A stretch of 57,823 nt of DNA from a virus (taxonomy: Duplodnaviria > Caudoviricetes), in the IMG/VR virus record IMGVR_UViG_3300024520_000084, positions 1 through 57,823 of that record, one strand, 5' to 3'. The notes beneath the pieces were generated by a model. The model saw only the letters and a program-made list of their open reading frames with translations, ran no database searches and had not been told where the DNA came from. Of the stretch, positions 43,528 through 53,847 are shown in pieces; position 1 is the stretch's first letter; each line of letters begins with the position of its first letter. Position numbers and translations under genes: made by a program.

Positions 43528-46254
43528 ATGATTAATCGTCGTAGGCCGATACAATCAGTTGTAGAAGGGCGTAAGCTGTTTGCTAATGGCGGAATGGCAA
43601 CACAACAGCCAATGGGTGGTCCTCCGATGGGTGGTCCTCCGCCAATGGGTCCTCCGATGGGTCCTCCGATGGGTCCTCCGCCAATGGGTCCTCCGCCAAT
43701 GGGGGGTCCTCCGATGGGTCCTCCGCCAATGGGAATATTGAACTCGTCTCCTGAATTGTCACAGGCCGCATCTTTTACGAAGTCCCCTCCGTTGCTTGAC
43801 TCCCTGGTCGATGAGATGGCTTCAGGGTACGCGCAGGGTCTTGCAGATAAAACAGCCATGAACGCCGCACCAGTGCCCATGGCCCATGGTGGCATAGTTC
43901 AGGGATTTAATAATGGTGGAGGAAACTTTGCTTCACCTGTAGGAAGAAGAACTTCTGTGGGACCTGGTTCTTCATATGAAGACTTGCTAGCAAGAGCCAT
44001 GATGGACTCAAAAGCATTCCCCGGTGAATTAACCAAAGCTATGTTTCCGTATGAGGCAAGTCTTACAGGTGGCTTTTCTGGTCCTCAAAAAATGCGTCCG
44101 GGGGTTATTGGTCTGGACCCCGGTGATAAAAAACCAATTGCTGCCGCCGTAGAAGCTCCGTTGGCTTATATAGATCAATTAGCGAGGGGTTTGAGTCAGA
44201 TAAGTACTTCGGTCGGTAGATCTATGGTGGATTTTGGAGAATTTGCCTTGACTACAAAACCAGCCGAAACAGACTACACAAATTTCTACAGTCAAATTTC
44301 TACAGTTAATGATCTTCTTCGTAGAATGCCTAACATAAAAGGGGTTTCTTCAAACGATCTTGCTGCTGATATTACTGGCATAGCCAAACAAATTATAAAC
44401 GGTAGCCCGAATATTAGCGGAACGGATCTTTCTGATACTGTTTCGGAACAAATACGAGTTAAGTACGACGACCCTGTTTTAGAACAATACGATTTATCTC
44501 AGGAAGGCGGAGGGTTCAGTACTGAAGCGGAACAAGCAGACGATTTTCTGTCTATGAAAATAAAACGACTATATTCCAGTATGCCTGATGAACAGATCAA
44601 CGAAATCATAGAAGCTAGAAAACTTAATCCCGATTCATCCATAGAAGAAATTGTTACTATGAGTTTTCCTCCTGATGTAGTAGCTAATTTTAAAGCATAT
44701 CCTGAGATTGATGATGATGCCGAAGATAGTTATCCTGTCAATTTTAGGGGAGAGACAAGTTCTGTCGTTGAAAATAGAACCGCACCACCTCCAACAGAAA
44801 AGCCGACAGCACCAGAAGGGCCGGATGAGTACGGAACGAGAGAAGGACCTTATGGAACATACATGAGTGACGAAGATGCTCGTGAAGATATTTTGTCAGG
44901 CGAACTTCGACAAAAAATAGGGGACTTCGGAGGAAAAAAGACTAAAGAAGAAAACGAACGAAACATGAAGTTTTTTATGGATCGTTTTAAAGAACACGTG
45001 CCTGAATATGAAGGAATGTCTGAAGAAGAAAAAGGGTTTGCTCTTCTTGAAGCTGGTCTTCGTGTCATGGCTGGAAAAAGCCCTAATGCTATCACCAACA
45101 TAGCCGAAGGGTTAAAAGGTCTGGGCGCAGAATTTGCTAAAGATAAAAAAGAAAAACGGGCTTATGAGCGTCAGATTAATTTATCTGCTGCTAAATATGC
45201 TCTTTCAGGTGTTGATAAAGAAGAGGCTAAAGCAGATGCTCTTGCTAAAGAAGGACGAGGATTAAAAACTGTTTTTTGGACAGAAGATGTCTATAGCCCT
45301 GATGGAGAATTAAGAGGTAAAGCGGGTACTTCAGGGTTTATTACAAATTCAGAGATTCACGGTGGCACTTATGATGGTAAGTTTGAAGCTGGGTTAGTAT
45401 TAGCTACGGAAAGACTTAAAAATAAAATTAAAGGAAATGCGGATCTTTTTAGAAATATGCTTGGTCAAACCAAAAAAGGAGGTGTTTCTGATGATTTTTT
45501 TGATAAAAAACTTAAATCATATACCGCAAGTTCTTTAAAGTTAAGTGACTATGCTACACAACTAGCTTTGGTTGATGTTAGTGCTGTTATTAATGAAAAA
45601 GGAGATGCTACTGGTCTTGGTTCTTTTGTCGCTAGAAGAGTTAATAACTTTTACAATATTTTTAATATGAAGCGACCAAACGATCAAAAAGTTTCATCTA
45701 TCAAGCAAATTACAACTAAAGATATTGATTCTTTGAAAGTATCTGACGCTAGAAAAACACGTCTTAAAACTATTAAGAGAAGCTATTCATTATTAGATAA
45801 ATATGCTGAAAAAGGACGCGATTCAGAACAATTTCAAGCGCAGCAACAAGAGCTTGCTAACCTTTTAATTAAAGAAATTTTAGGTGAGGGGTCTAAAAAT
45901 GTATCTAATATTGACAGACAACTAGCCTCTGAAATTGTTGGTTTATATTCTGGTTTGTCTAGTATAACAGCTGATAAAGTTATTATTGGTCAAAGACTTG
46001 GCCGAATTAGACAAAGAATTTTAAAAAACTATGAGTCTGAAAACAATAGTATGTCTGCTACTGAGGGTTATTTTTCAAGAATAGTTGATAGATCACTAAG
46101 AAACGTGAAGGAAACATATTTTATGCCTGTTAGGAGATCTGCTTTGGGACAAGTAGAATCTGCTTTGGGACAACCAAAAACTTCAAGACCTGGCTTCAAA
46201 AGTCCGTACACTTTTAAAATTGTAAACGGAAAACGTCGGTACAGTTTTAAGTAG
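43528..46254 (+). CDS. Large internal virion/ejection protein
   Basis: 908 aa, FANGGMA/MAHGGIV tags, GPPM repeats, helical C-half. Confidence 0.7.
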   Translation: MINRRRPIQSVVEGRKLFANGGMATQQPMGGPPMGGPPPMGPPMGPPMGPPPMGPPPMGGPPMGPPPMGILNSSPELSQAASFTKSPPLLDSLVDEMASGYAQGLADKTAMNAAPVPMAHGGIVQGFNNGGGNFASPVGRRTSVGPGSSYEDLLARAMMDSKAFPGELTKAMFPYEASLTGGFSGPQKMRPGVIGLDPGDKKPIAAAVEAPLAYIDQLARGLSQISTSVGRSMVDFGEFALTTKPAETDYTNFYSQISTVNDLLRRMPNIKGVSSNDLAADITGIAKQIINGSPNISGTDLSDTVSEQIRVKYDDPVLEQYDLSQEGGGFSTEAEQADDFLSMKIKRLYSSMPDEQINEIIEARKLNPDSSIEEIVTMSFPPDVVANFKAYPEIDDDAEDSYPVNFRGETSSVVENRTAPPPTEKPTAPEGPDEYGTREGPYGTYMSDEDAREDILSGELRQKIGDFGGKKTKEENERNMKFFMDRFKEHVPEYEGMSEEEKGFALLEAGLRVMAGKSPNAITNIAEGLKGLGAEFAKDKKEKRAYERQINLSAAKYALSGVDKEEAKADALAKEGRGLKTVFWTEDVYSPDGELRGKAGTSGFITNSEIHGGTYDGKFEAGLVLATERLKNKIKGNADLFRNMLGQTKKGGVSDDFFDKKLKSYTASSLKLSDYATQLALVDVSAVINEKGDATGLGSFVARRVNNFYNIFNMKRPNDQKVSSIKQITTKDIDSLKVSDARKTRLKTIKRSYSLLDKYAEKGRDSEQFQAQQQELANLLIKEILGEGSKNVSNIDRQLASEIVGLYSGLSSITADKVIIGQRLGRIRQRILKNYESENNSMSATEGYFSRIVDRSLRNVKETYFMPVRRSALGQVESALGQPKTSRPGFKSPYTFKIVNGKRRYSFK
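43612..43733 (+). repeat. GGTCCTCCG(CCA)ATG coding repeats (GPP(P)M)
   Basis: Read directly. Confidence 0.85.
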
Positions 46255-46260
46255 GAGCGT

Positions 46261-49200
46261 ATGATGGGGTATATTGATGTAGAAACACCAGATGGGATCG
46301 CCAGTTTTGAAGTAGCTGGAACAGAACCTACGGATCAAGAAATGGAAGTTATTCGTTCTACCATCTATGGCCAAAACGAGGATTTACTGTTTCCTGATTT
46401 AAGAAATGTCCCGCAACTTAAAGATATGGTTCAGAAAGAAGAAATTAAAGAAATCCCCGAATACAAACCATCTAACGAGGGTGAAATTGACGATACATCT
46501 TTTCAGTTTATGTACGGAAGAGCCGACAATATAGAAGAAAAAGCTAAAAGACTTGAAACTGAATTTGGTCCGGGGACCTTTAGACAGGTAGAGGGAACCG
46601 ACAAGTTTGTTCTTTTGCTCGATAATGTTTCTCCAGAAAAAAAACAAGAATACGGACTTCCCGATACAGGAGACATTTACGTTAATAAACCAGGCTTTTC
46701 TTGGTACGACATTGCTGGTTTTGGGGGCCAGGAAGCCGCTCCACTGACCGCTGCCTTGGGTACTGGTTTAATATTTTCAGGAGTAGGCATTATCCCTGGA
46801 ATGATTCTTATGGCTGGAGCGGGTGCTGGTGGTAAGGCTTTTGATGAGTTTGTAATTGAAGATCGTCTGGAAAAGATGAACACCCAATCAGATGATCAAG
46901 TCTGGGGCGATGTCGCGTTGACAGGAGCCTTTTATGGTTTGGGTGAAGGTCTTGGCCGTGGGTTATTTGCTCTTGGTCGTCGCATTATTAAAGGTCCCGG
47001 CGCACGACCAGATCCAGCAAGAATTGGTGAGTTAGTTTCAGGTGGTATGGGTCGTCAGGCAGCTACTAATATTGCCCGTGAAGAAGCCAAGACACAGTTA
47101 CGAAGAGCGGTGGCTGAAGGTGCACGGCCAACTGTGTCAGAGGTAAGTCAAAAAGCAATTCTTGGGCGTATGCAGTCTATTTATGAAGGCATTTTTCCAA
47201 ATGCAGCGGCTGCTGCTAAAAACCTTGATTTTGTTAAAACGACTTTGGGTCGTCTTGGCGCGGGTGAGATTGACGATGCAACGGCTAAACAATTGTTATC
47301 GCAACAATCTGAAGCCATTAGCAATCAAGTAGCAAATGCTATGAAAAACGCTAATGTTGACGAGGCTACTCGATTAGCTAACCAACATATGCAAAAAGTA
47401 ATTGACAATGAGTTTAAAGTTTTATTGGACTTATATAACCCAAACAAGGCTCTTTTGACGGGGTGGAAAGATGCTGCTAACAACGCGGCTCGCCTTTTTG
47501 AACAAGATAGTTCTATTTTGTATAAAAAAGCAGAAGACTTGTTGAAAAGTGTTGCCGATAACGAAGGAGGAAACGCTGCGACTTTTAGTGCTAGAGCTTT
47601 GCAAAAAACTGTTGAAGATATACAGGGAGACAAGGCTAGAGTGGCTGTTATGGGTGATGCTTTTAATAGTGGCTTGTTTAAGTACATAAAAGGAAAAGAA
47701 AACTTTACAATGTCAGAACTTATGGGTCTTCGTTCTGCCATACGCTCTGTTGGTAAAGACCCAGCTTTAGTACCTGGAATGAACGATGCTTTAATAGGTT
47801 CAATGGTTAAAAGCATTGATGACACCATAAATAACAAACTAACGTCACTTGCTTCTTCTAGGACTAGAAGCCCTGACCCAAAAGTTTTGTATGTAAATTC
47901 GGCAGGAACCGTAGGGAAACAATGGGACGACGCTACTGCGAACACGTTTGAAGAGGGTGTTATGGCGTGGAAAAAAGCACAGAAGTTTCATGCTAGTGGT
48001 ATTCAAAGATTTAAAAGTTTTTCAGAAGAGTTGCTTCATAACAACATACGATCTGGGGTTACTATTTCTGACAAAGAAGTTATGCAAGCTATTGTTCGAG
48101 ACGGGCAACCAGAAGCTTTGTTACGTTACTTAAAAAGCATAACTCCAAGTGGACGAGCGGCTGAAGGCATACAAACCATACCTCAAAGTGTGTTTGACGA
48201 TGCGGCCAAAGCAGCTAATGCTGGTCAGTTTAAACAAGCTAATAAAATATTGAATGATGCTGGTGTTGATAGAGACATTGTAAAACGCTTGCCTGTTTTT
48301 GCAGAAAGATTAGAAAGAAACGCAGAAACTGGTGCATTAGATCCTTACGCAAGAATGATTGCTTCCGAGTTTTCGGACACAATTCGTAACTTGGGGAACC
48401 TAGCAGCAGCCAGAGCCAACCCTCTTAAATACAGAAACAACGTAAGAGATTCTTTAGCAAAAGAATGGTTGCAACAAAGTTATACTACTTCCAAAGTTGC
48501 CGGAGAATTTTCTCCTACAGTCTTTGCTTCTCGCTTTGACCAACTGGGAAAGACAGCAGACGCTTTGTTTGGAAAAAAGAACGCTACTGCCCTGAGAGAG
48601 TTGATGAAGGACTACCACAAGATTGGAATGTCCAATAAAGAATTTGCAAACGCAACGGCGGAAGCTTTAGGGGCAACGTCAGGGCAGATACGGGCTCGTG
48701 CTCTGGGTCTGACGGGTGGACGCTCCATATCTGATGAGATTGCAGGAGTGCAAGCTGTTATTAAAGAAGCAGAACGTCAAAGTGATGATGCTTTGTTCCA
48801 AGCGTTTGCCAAAGGTAAAATAGACGATGCCGACTCTTTAGTTACAAGCATTTTAAAAAAGCCATCTAACTACGATAAATTAGTCAAACAGTTTGGGGCA
48901 CAACTTGAAGATCCACTAGATAAGGTCGGTGGCGTAAAAGACATGGTTATGGGGCGCATAATGGAAGCCGCTTTTCCACAAGGGGTCCTTCCCGACGTGG
49001 TAGCGTCTGGAGCGTGGGGCGCACCCATGAGAAGACAAATCACCAACCTGAATAGAAACGGCGCACTGGCTAAAGTTCTTGGAGATGGAGACAGGGCTGT
49101 TGGTCAGCCTATTGTTAATGACTTGATCAAAGCATCCAAAATAGGTGAACGCATATCGGATCAGGCTTTAAAAGGTAAACAGGGATTGGCTTCCGCTGCT

Positions 49201-49683
49201 TTTGCCGCAGGTGCCGGAATGCGTTTAATCACTAACCCTCTTGCTTTTGCCGGAGAAGCAGTAGGAATTTTTACCATGGGTCGCATTATGCGCCAGCAAT
49301 GGTTCCTAAATAGCTTGTTACAGCCGCGCTATTCTGCGGGTCTGGGATTGAATCCTTTTTCGGTTGGTGGTCGAAGGTTGCTTCAACAAGGCCAGAGGGC
49401 TGGTGCTGATCTGGACAAAGTAAGTCCTCTTGGTCTGGAACTTAGAGAACGTATCGCACAAGAGGCACGGGCGATGGCCGCTTCTCTTTCAGAAACTCAA
49501 GTAGGACCGGATACACGCGAAGCGGCAACGCAGTTTGTTCAAGAAAATGTTGTTCAACCCGTTATGCAAGCAAGACAAGACATTAACGTACCTAGTTTGG
49601 CTTCCAACGTAGCTGCTCAAGCTCAAACGGTTAGCCCACTACGTCAAATAGAAATAAATAAACTTATGACGGGACGGCCATAA
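46261..49683 (+). CDS. Large internal virion/ejection protein
   Basis: 1140 aa, helical, hydrophobic Gly/Ala segments; last of the ejection cluster. Confidence 0.72.
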   Translation: MMGYIDVETPDGIASFEVAGTEPTDQEMEVIRSTIYGQNEDLLFPDLRNVPQLKDMVQKEEIKEIPEYKPSNEGEIDDTSFQFMYGRADNIEEKAKRLETEFGPGTFRQVEGTDKFVLLLDNVSPEKKQEYGLPDTGDIYVNKPGFSWYDIAGFGGQEAAPLTAALGTGLIFSGVGIIPGMILMAGAGAGGKAFDEFVIEDRLEKMNTQSDDQVWGDVALTGAFYGLGEGLGRGLFALGRRIIKGPGARPDPARIGELVSGGMGRQAATNIAREEAKTQLRRAVAEGARPTVSEVSQKAILGRMQSIYEGIFPNAAAAAKNLDFVKTTLGRLGAGEIDDATAKQLLSQQSEAISNQVANAMKNANVDEATRLANQHMQKVIDNEFKVLLDLYNPNKALLTGWKDAANNAARLFEQDSSILYKKAEDLLKSVADNEGGNAATFSARALQKTVEDIQGDKARVAVMGDAFNSGLFKYIKGKENFTMSELMGLRSAIRSVGKDPALVPGMNDALIGSMVKSIDDTINNKLTSLASSRTRSPDPKVLYVNSAGTVGKQWDDATANTFEEGVMAWKKAQKFHASGIQRFKSFSEELLHNNIRSGVTISDKEVMQAIVRDGQPEALLRYLKSITPSGRAAEGIQTIPQSVFDDAAKAANAGQFKQANKILNDAGVDRDIVKRLPVFAERLERNAETGALDPYARMIASEFSDTIRNLGNLAAARANPLKYRNNVRDSLAKEWLQQSYTTSKVAGEFSPTVFASRFDQLGKTADALFGKKNATALRELMKDYHKIGMSNKEFANATAEALGATSGQIRARALGLTGGRSISDEIAGVQAVIKEAERQSDDALFQAFAKGKIDDADSLVTSILKKPSNYDKLVKQFGAQLEDPLDKVGGVKDMVMGRIMEAAFPQGVLPDVVASGAWGAPMRRQITNLNRNGALAKVLGDGDRAVGQPIVNDLIKASKIGERISDQALKGKQGLASAAFAAGAGMRLITNPLAFAGEAVGIFTMGRIMRQQWFLNSLLQPRYSAGLGLNPFSVGGRRLLQQGQRAGADLDKVSPLGLELRERIAQEARAMAASLSETQVGPDTREAATQFVQENVVQPVMQARQDINVPSLASNVAAQAQTVSPLRQIEINKLMTGRP

Positions 49684-50129
49684 TGCAACTCTCCGACCAC
49701 TTTACCCTGAGTGAGCTTACCAAGTCGTCTACGGCTGAACGGTTGGGCATTGCCAATGAACCAGGGTCCACGGAAGTTGAAAGCCTGATCATGGTCTGTG
49801 ACAAGGTACTGGAGCCTGTCAGGAACCATTACGGTATTGCCTTTGCTCCTAACTCTGGTTTTCGTTGCCTTGAGCTTAATCAAGCTATTGGATCATCTGA
49901 CAATTCGCAGCATGTTGCTGGGGAAGCTGTAGATTTTGAGGTGGTTGGTGTACCCAACAAGGAAATGGCTCTATGGATCATGGACAATTGTGACTTTGAC
50001 CAGTTGATACTGGAGTTTTACAAAGAAGGCGTGCCAGACTCCGGCTGGGTGCATTGTAGCTACACGATAAACGGCGACAACAGGAAATCTGCTCGAGTGT
50101 TCGACGGCAAAAACTGGAGCGCGTTGTAA
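49683..50129 (+). CDS. Peptidase M15A-family endolysin
   Basis: LS.HFTL.E, SGFRC..LN.AIG, SQH..GEAVD, WVH Zn ligands. Confidence 0.9.
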   Translation: MQLSDHFTLSELTKSSTAERLGIANEPGSTEVESLIMVCDKVLEPVRNHYGIAFAPNSGFRCLELNQAIGSSDNSQHVAGEAVDFEVVGVPNKEMALWIMDNCDFDQLILEFYKEGVPDSGWVHCSYTINGDNRKSARVFDGKNWSAL

Positions 50130-50130
50130 G

Positions 50131-51918
50131 ATGGTAGACGTAGGTGGTTATGTTGGTAACATAGTAGACAGCACAGTGGGTATTGGAAAAGATGTTTATG
50201 ACAAGGTCACAAATCCCACCAATCTCACCGCCGGCGATGTTCTTGGAACAATAAACACCGGATTAAATTTAGCGGGACGCGGCCTTCCGGGTATAGCCGC
50301 ATTAGCTTACGTTGCGAACTATCAGGAGCAAGTAGATAGAGACAAAAAGCTTGGCATAAATAATCCTTCTTGGCCTGGAAGAGCCCTTCGTTCGCTGGTT
50401 CCGGGCTTGGTTCAAAAACCTGTTTTTGATGCTTTAGATGTTACAGGAGAGCATTCTTTTGACGGTTACGGCACAGCGGAAGCTGAAGAAGAAGGTGTGG
50501 CTGGGATAGATACGTCAGGAAATACAGCTGTTGGCGGTAGCGAATTTAGCATGGATGGCGACGGCTTTGGCAATGTAGACCCGAACACCGAAATAGACAC
50601 TACTCCCGGCCCTGCGGCACAGCATGGAGGTGACGAAAGCGTTTCTGTGGATGCAACAGAGGCAGAGACGGAAGAGGATTACGAAGACTACGACGAAGAC
50701 CAGTATGCACAAGGTGGTGCTGTTGGTTACAGCCATGGAGGATTTCATCTTTCTGATCTAGCGGATAAAACTTTATACGAAAAAACAGGCACTCTTGGAG
50801 ACTTTGCCGCTAAAGAAAAAATTATTGCAAAAATACTGCCTAAGTTAAGTTCTGATGAAAAAATAAACCAATCTTTAGCTTTTGATAATGTTGTAAGGGA
50901 AGAATATCCGTCTGAGAATTATCCAAATTTAAATTTTAACCAACACTTTCGCCAAAAATTAAAAAGCGCATTACCGGGATCAGGATTAAATTATCAAGGC
51001 GAAGTAGCATCTAGTGATGAAAATTATCAAGCTTTACTTAACTTAGGTCTTTTAGCACAAGAACAACGTGGTCGAGAAGCTGTAGCAACTTACGATTTTA
51101 AAAACACTTTTAAATTTGCTAATGTTCCTGAATTTATGAAAAAAATTGTAATTGATCCTAAACTTAACGTGGGCGTTGCGGGACAATTTTCTTTAACGGA
51201 TATAAACCAGCCTTCATCAAAAGTATATACAACAGGAATTGGCGCACAGTTTCTCCCAGGCGTTAGTGATACAGGTGTAGATTTAAGTGCTGTTTTGAAT
51301 CAACGCGGTATAGCACCTACCGTTAGGGTAGATCAATCCATGGGTCCTGTTAACACTCAGTATCAAAAAACTTTTAACCCTGACCAGCCAGACTTTAACA
51401 AATTAAGGACTTCGTTTAATGTTCCTGTGGGTAACGCATCTGTTGCTGGTAGGTATGGACAACAAAGAACGGAGGGTGCGCCTCCTGTTAACAATTTTAA
51501 CATAGAAGCAAATGTTCCTATAAATGAAGCAAATTTAGCAGCTAACTTTTCTCGTAACCCTGATTCTGATTCAATAAATCTTAACTTATCAGGAATAGAT
51601 TTTGCTGGCGGAGAACTAGGATTTGACGTAGCAAAAACTTTTAACAGTACAGGTGAAGATCCAAGAAAAGTTGGGGCTACTTGGAAAAAGCAAGTTGGAG
51701 AAGGAGAAATAGAAGTCCAAGGCTCCATAAATAATAAAGGACCTGAAGGATCAGTAACTTACCGTCAAGGAGATTTTGAAACGGTAGTTGGTAGAGGTAA
51801 TAGAGACGATGTCTACGGTGGCATGCGGTACAATTACCCATTAAACAAATTTAACAAAATGATAGGACGGGCTTCATCAGGACTTGATCTTGAAGGAATA
51901 TTTTCTGGGTTAAAATAA
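50131..51918 (+). CDS. Hypothetical protein: acidic N-half, GG tags, C-terminal beta-barrel-like region
   Basis: 595 aa; YAQGGAV/YSHGGF then alternating-pattern strands ending YGGMRYNYPL. Confidence 0.65.
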   Translation: MVDVGGYVGNIVDSTVGIGKDVYDKVTNPTNLTAGDVLGTINTGLNLAGRGLPGIAALAYVANYQEQVDRDKKLGINNPSWPGRALRSLVPGLVQKPVFDALDVTGEHSFDGYGTAEAEEEGVAGIDTSGNTAVGGSEFSMDGDGFGNVDPNTEIDTTPGPAAQHGGDESVSVDATEAETEEDYEDYDEDQYAQGGAVGYSHGGFHLSDLADKTLYEKTGTLGDFAAKEKIIAKILPKLSSDEKINQSLAFDNVVREEYPSENYPNLNFNQHFRQKLKSALPGSGLNYQGEVASSDENYQALLNLGLLAQEQRGREAVATYDFKNTFKFANVPEFMKKIVIDPKLNVGVAGQFSLTDINQPSSKVYTTGIGAQFLPGVSDTGVDLSAVLNQRGIAPTVRVDQSMGPVNTQYQKTFNPDQPDFNKLRTSFNVPVGNASVAGRYGQQRTEGAPPVNNFNIEANVPINEANLAANFSRNPDSDSINLNLSGIDFAGGELGFDVAKTFNSTGEDPRKVGATWKKQVGEGEIEVQGSINNKGPEGSVTYRQGDFETVVGRGNRDDVYGGMRYNYPLNKFNKMIGRASSGLDLEGIFSGLK

Positions 51919-53847
51919 CTACTTCGCTGAACCCCAGTTCTCGCCTAACCCTACATCGACCTTGGACGGTATCGTCAATCCCGGAGCGCATGTCTCCATC
52001 ACCTTCTTAATCTCCGTAACCTGTTCGTCGCTCTCTATCGAGAAGCACAGTTCGTCGTGTACGGTGAGCATGGGCCAGTGACCACGGTCCATGCAGTCTT
52101 TCATGGCTTGCTTGGTCTGATCCGCTGCGGAGGCCTGTATGAGCCTGTTAAGGGCCTTGTAAACAAAAGCAACCTGATATCTTTCTGGATTCATACTGGC
52201 CCAGTTCTTATCCCTCTCCTCAATGGGTGTATTCAGAACATCAGCCCAACGCTCCTCAAGCTTATCCGCGTGGATAGGCTTTTTGTACTCCTTAGAATAT
52301 CCTTTCAGTTCTCTCATTGGAAAACGACACTTGCGGCCTAGCAGTGTTCGGATCTCTGCACGCTTGGATGCTATATCCATAACAGACGATGCAAGTCCTC
52401 GAATAAACGGAACCTTCTCGTCGTACTCGTTACGAAGTGTTTTAGCTTCTTTAAAGGGTATATCACCAAGGGTCTGGGCCAACTTACCAATGCCCATGCC
52501 ATACATAATCCCAAGGTTAATTGTCTTAGCGTGGCTTCTCTCAACGCCGGCCATATCAGCAACCAATTGATGAAAGTCCAGATCGTCCTTCTGGTACAGG
52601 TCTACGATCTCTTTAACTCTCTCGTTATCTCTAGTCGCAGGTGTAAGGGATGCGTAATGCATCAACCATCGTGGTTCCTGTGCGCTATAGTCGAAGCTTC
52701 CCCACCGACAGCCTTCTTCAGGAACAAACAATCCCCTAATGAGGGATTTTATCTCTGGGTGTCTGGAGGGAACTTGCTGCAAATTTGGATTACTGGAGGA
52801 AAATCTGCCCGACACAGTTCCACCTTCATCTGAGCGCAACTGGTTAAACTGGCAGTGGATACGGCCATTGTACTGATGATTAAGGATTGTATCAACAAAG
52901 GTCGTGTTAGCTTTGTTATACTCACGAACTTCCAAGATTTTACGAGCAATAGGATGATCATGTGATTTTAAAAAATGTTTTGTAAAGCTTGGCGCATCTG
53001 ACTTAGCCGTTCTCTGGTAACTTAACCCCAGATTATCAAAAACCATAGCTAAACTTTTAGCGTTCCAAGGCTCCAGGTGTATATCTGAATCATCCTTTAT
53101 TTCTTTAAGAAGTTTCTTTTCCTTACCCTCAAGAAAAGTCTTGGTCTGTTCTGCCTTGTCAACGTCAACCTTTACACCACGCCTTCTCATCTCGAAGATC
53201 ATGGGAAGAAGAGACAACTCAACGTCCAATATCCTCTCGCAGTCATCTTCTATAAGTTTCTTGTGGAGAACGTGCCACAAACGCAAAGTCAACGAGGCGT
53301 CCATCTCTGCGTATTCTGCAACCCTTCCGGCTGGCAACTTCCACATCTCTGCCTTGGCATCAACACCGTGTTGGTGAGCCGCTCTTCTTAGTTCATCTTC
53401 AGCTTTCCGCTGACCAAGGTACGTGGCCCCTAGTGCATTAAGAGAATAACTGAACCTGTTCTCGTCCAGCAGTGGCGCAGCAATCATTGTATCGAGTATT
53501 GTTCCCTTGACCTCAATACCCTCTGTAAGCAACCATCCCAAATCGTACTGTGCGTTATGAAAAACCACGGACATGCCGTGATCCAATTGGTCTTGGAGCC
53601 ACCTGAGTACGAGGTCTTTTGCCATGTTCCCCCCACCTTCGTGGGCAATTGGCAGGTAAGCACTCCACTCAGAGGCGGCAACAGCAATTCCTATAAGGTT
53701 GCCGTCTTTTCTAGGCCACCCTGGCCCCAAGTTCAATAGGTTGGGATCTCTTGTCTCAACGTCAACAGCAATGATTTTCTCCCCAGAAAGATCGGGAAGG
53801 TGCTCCGGCGGAAACCATACTTTGTCATCAAAGAGATCTTCACGCAT
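51919..53847 (-). CDS. polA: DNA polymerase family A with 3'-5' exonuclease
   Basis: DVET, FHNAQYD, YAEMDA exo motifs; GRFSSSNPNLQQ, DYSAQE, KTINLGIMYG, TVHDE. Confidence 0.96.
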   Translation of the reverse strand: MREDLFDDKVWFPPEHLPDLSGEKIIAVDVETRDPNLLNLGPGWPRKDGNLIGIAVAASEWSAYLPIAHEGGGNMAKDLVLRWLQDQLDHGMSVVFHNAQYDLGWLLTEGIEVKGTILDTMIAAPLLDENRFSYSLNALGATYLGQRKAEDELRRAAHQHGVDAKAEMWKLPAGRVAEYAEMDASLTLRLWHVLHKKLIEDDCERILDVELSLLPMIFEMRRRGVKVDVDKAEQTKTFLEGKEKKLLKEIKDDSDIHLEPWNAKSLAMVFDNLGLSYQRTAKSDAPSFTKHFLKSHDHPIARKILEVREYNKANTTFVDTILNHQYNGRIHCQFNQLRSDEGGTVSGRFSSSNPNLQQVPSRHPEIKSLIRGLFVPEEGCRWGSFDYSAQEPRWLMHYASLTPATRDNERVKEIVDLYQKDDLDFHQLVADMAGVERSHAKTINLGIMYGMGIGKLAQTLGDIPFKEAKTLRNEYDEKVPFIRGLASSVMDIASKRAEIRTLLGRKCRFPMRELKGYSKEYKKPIHADKLEERWADVLNTPIEERDKNWASMNPERYQVAFVYKALNRLIQASAADQTKQAMKDCMDRGHWPMLTVHDELCFSIESDEQVTEIKKVMETCAPGLTIPSKVDVGLGENWGSAK

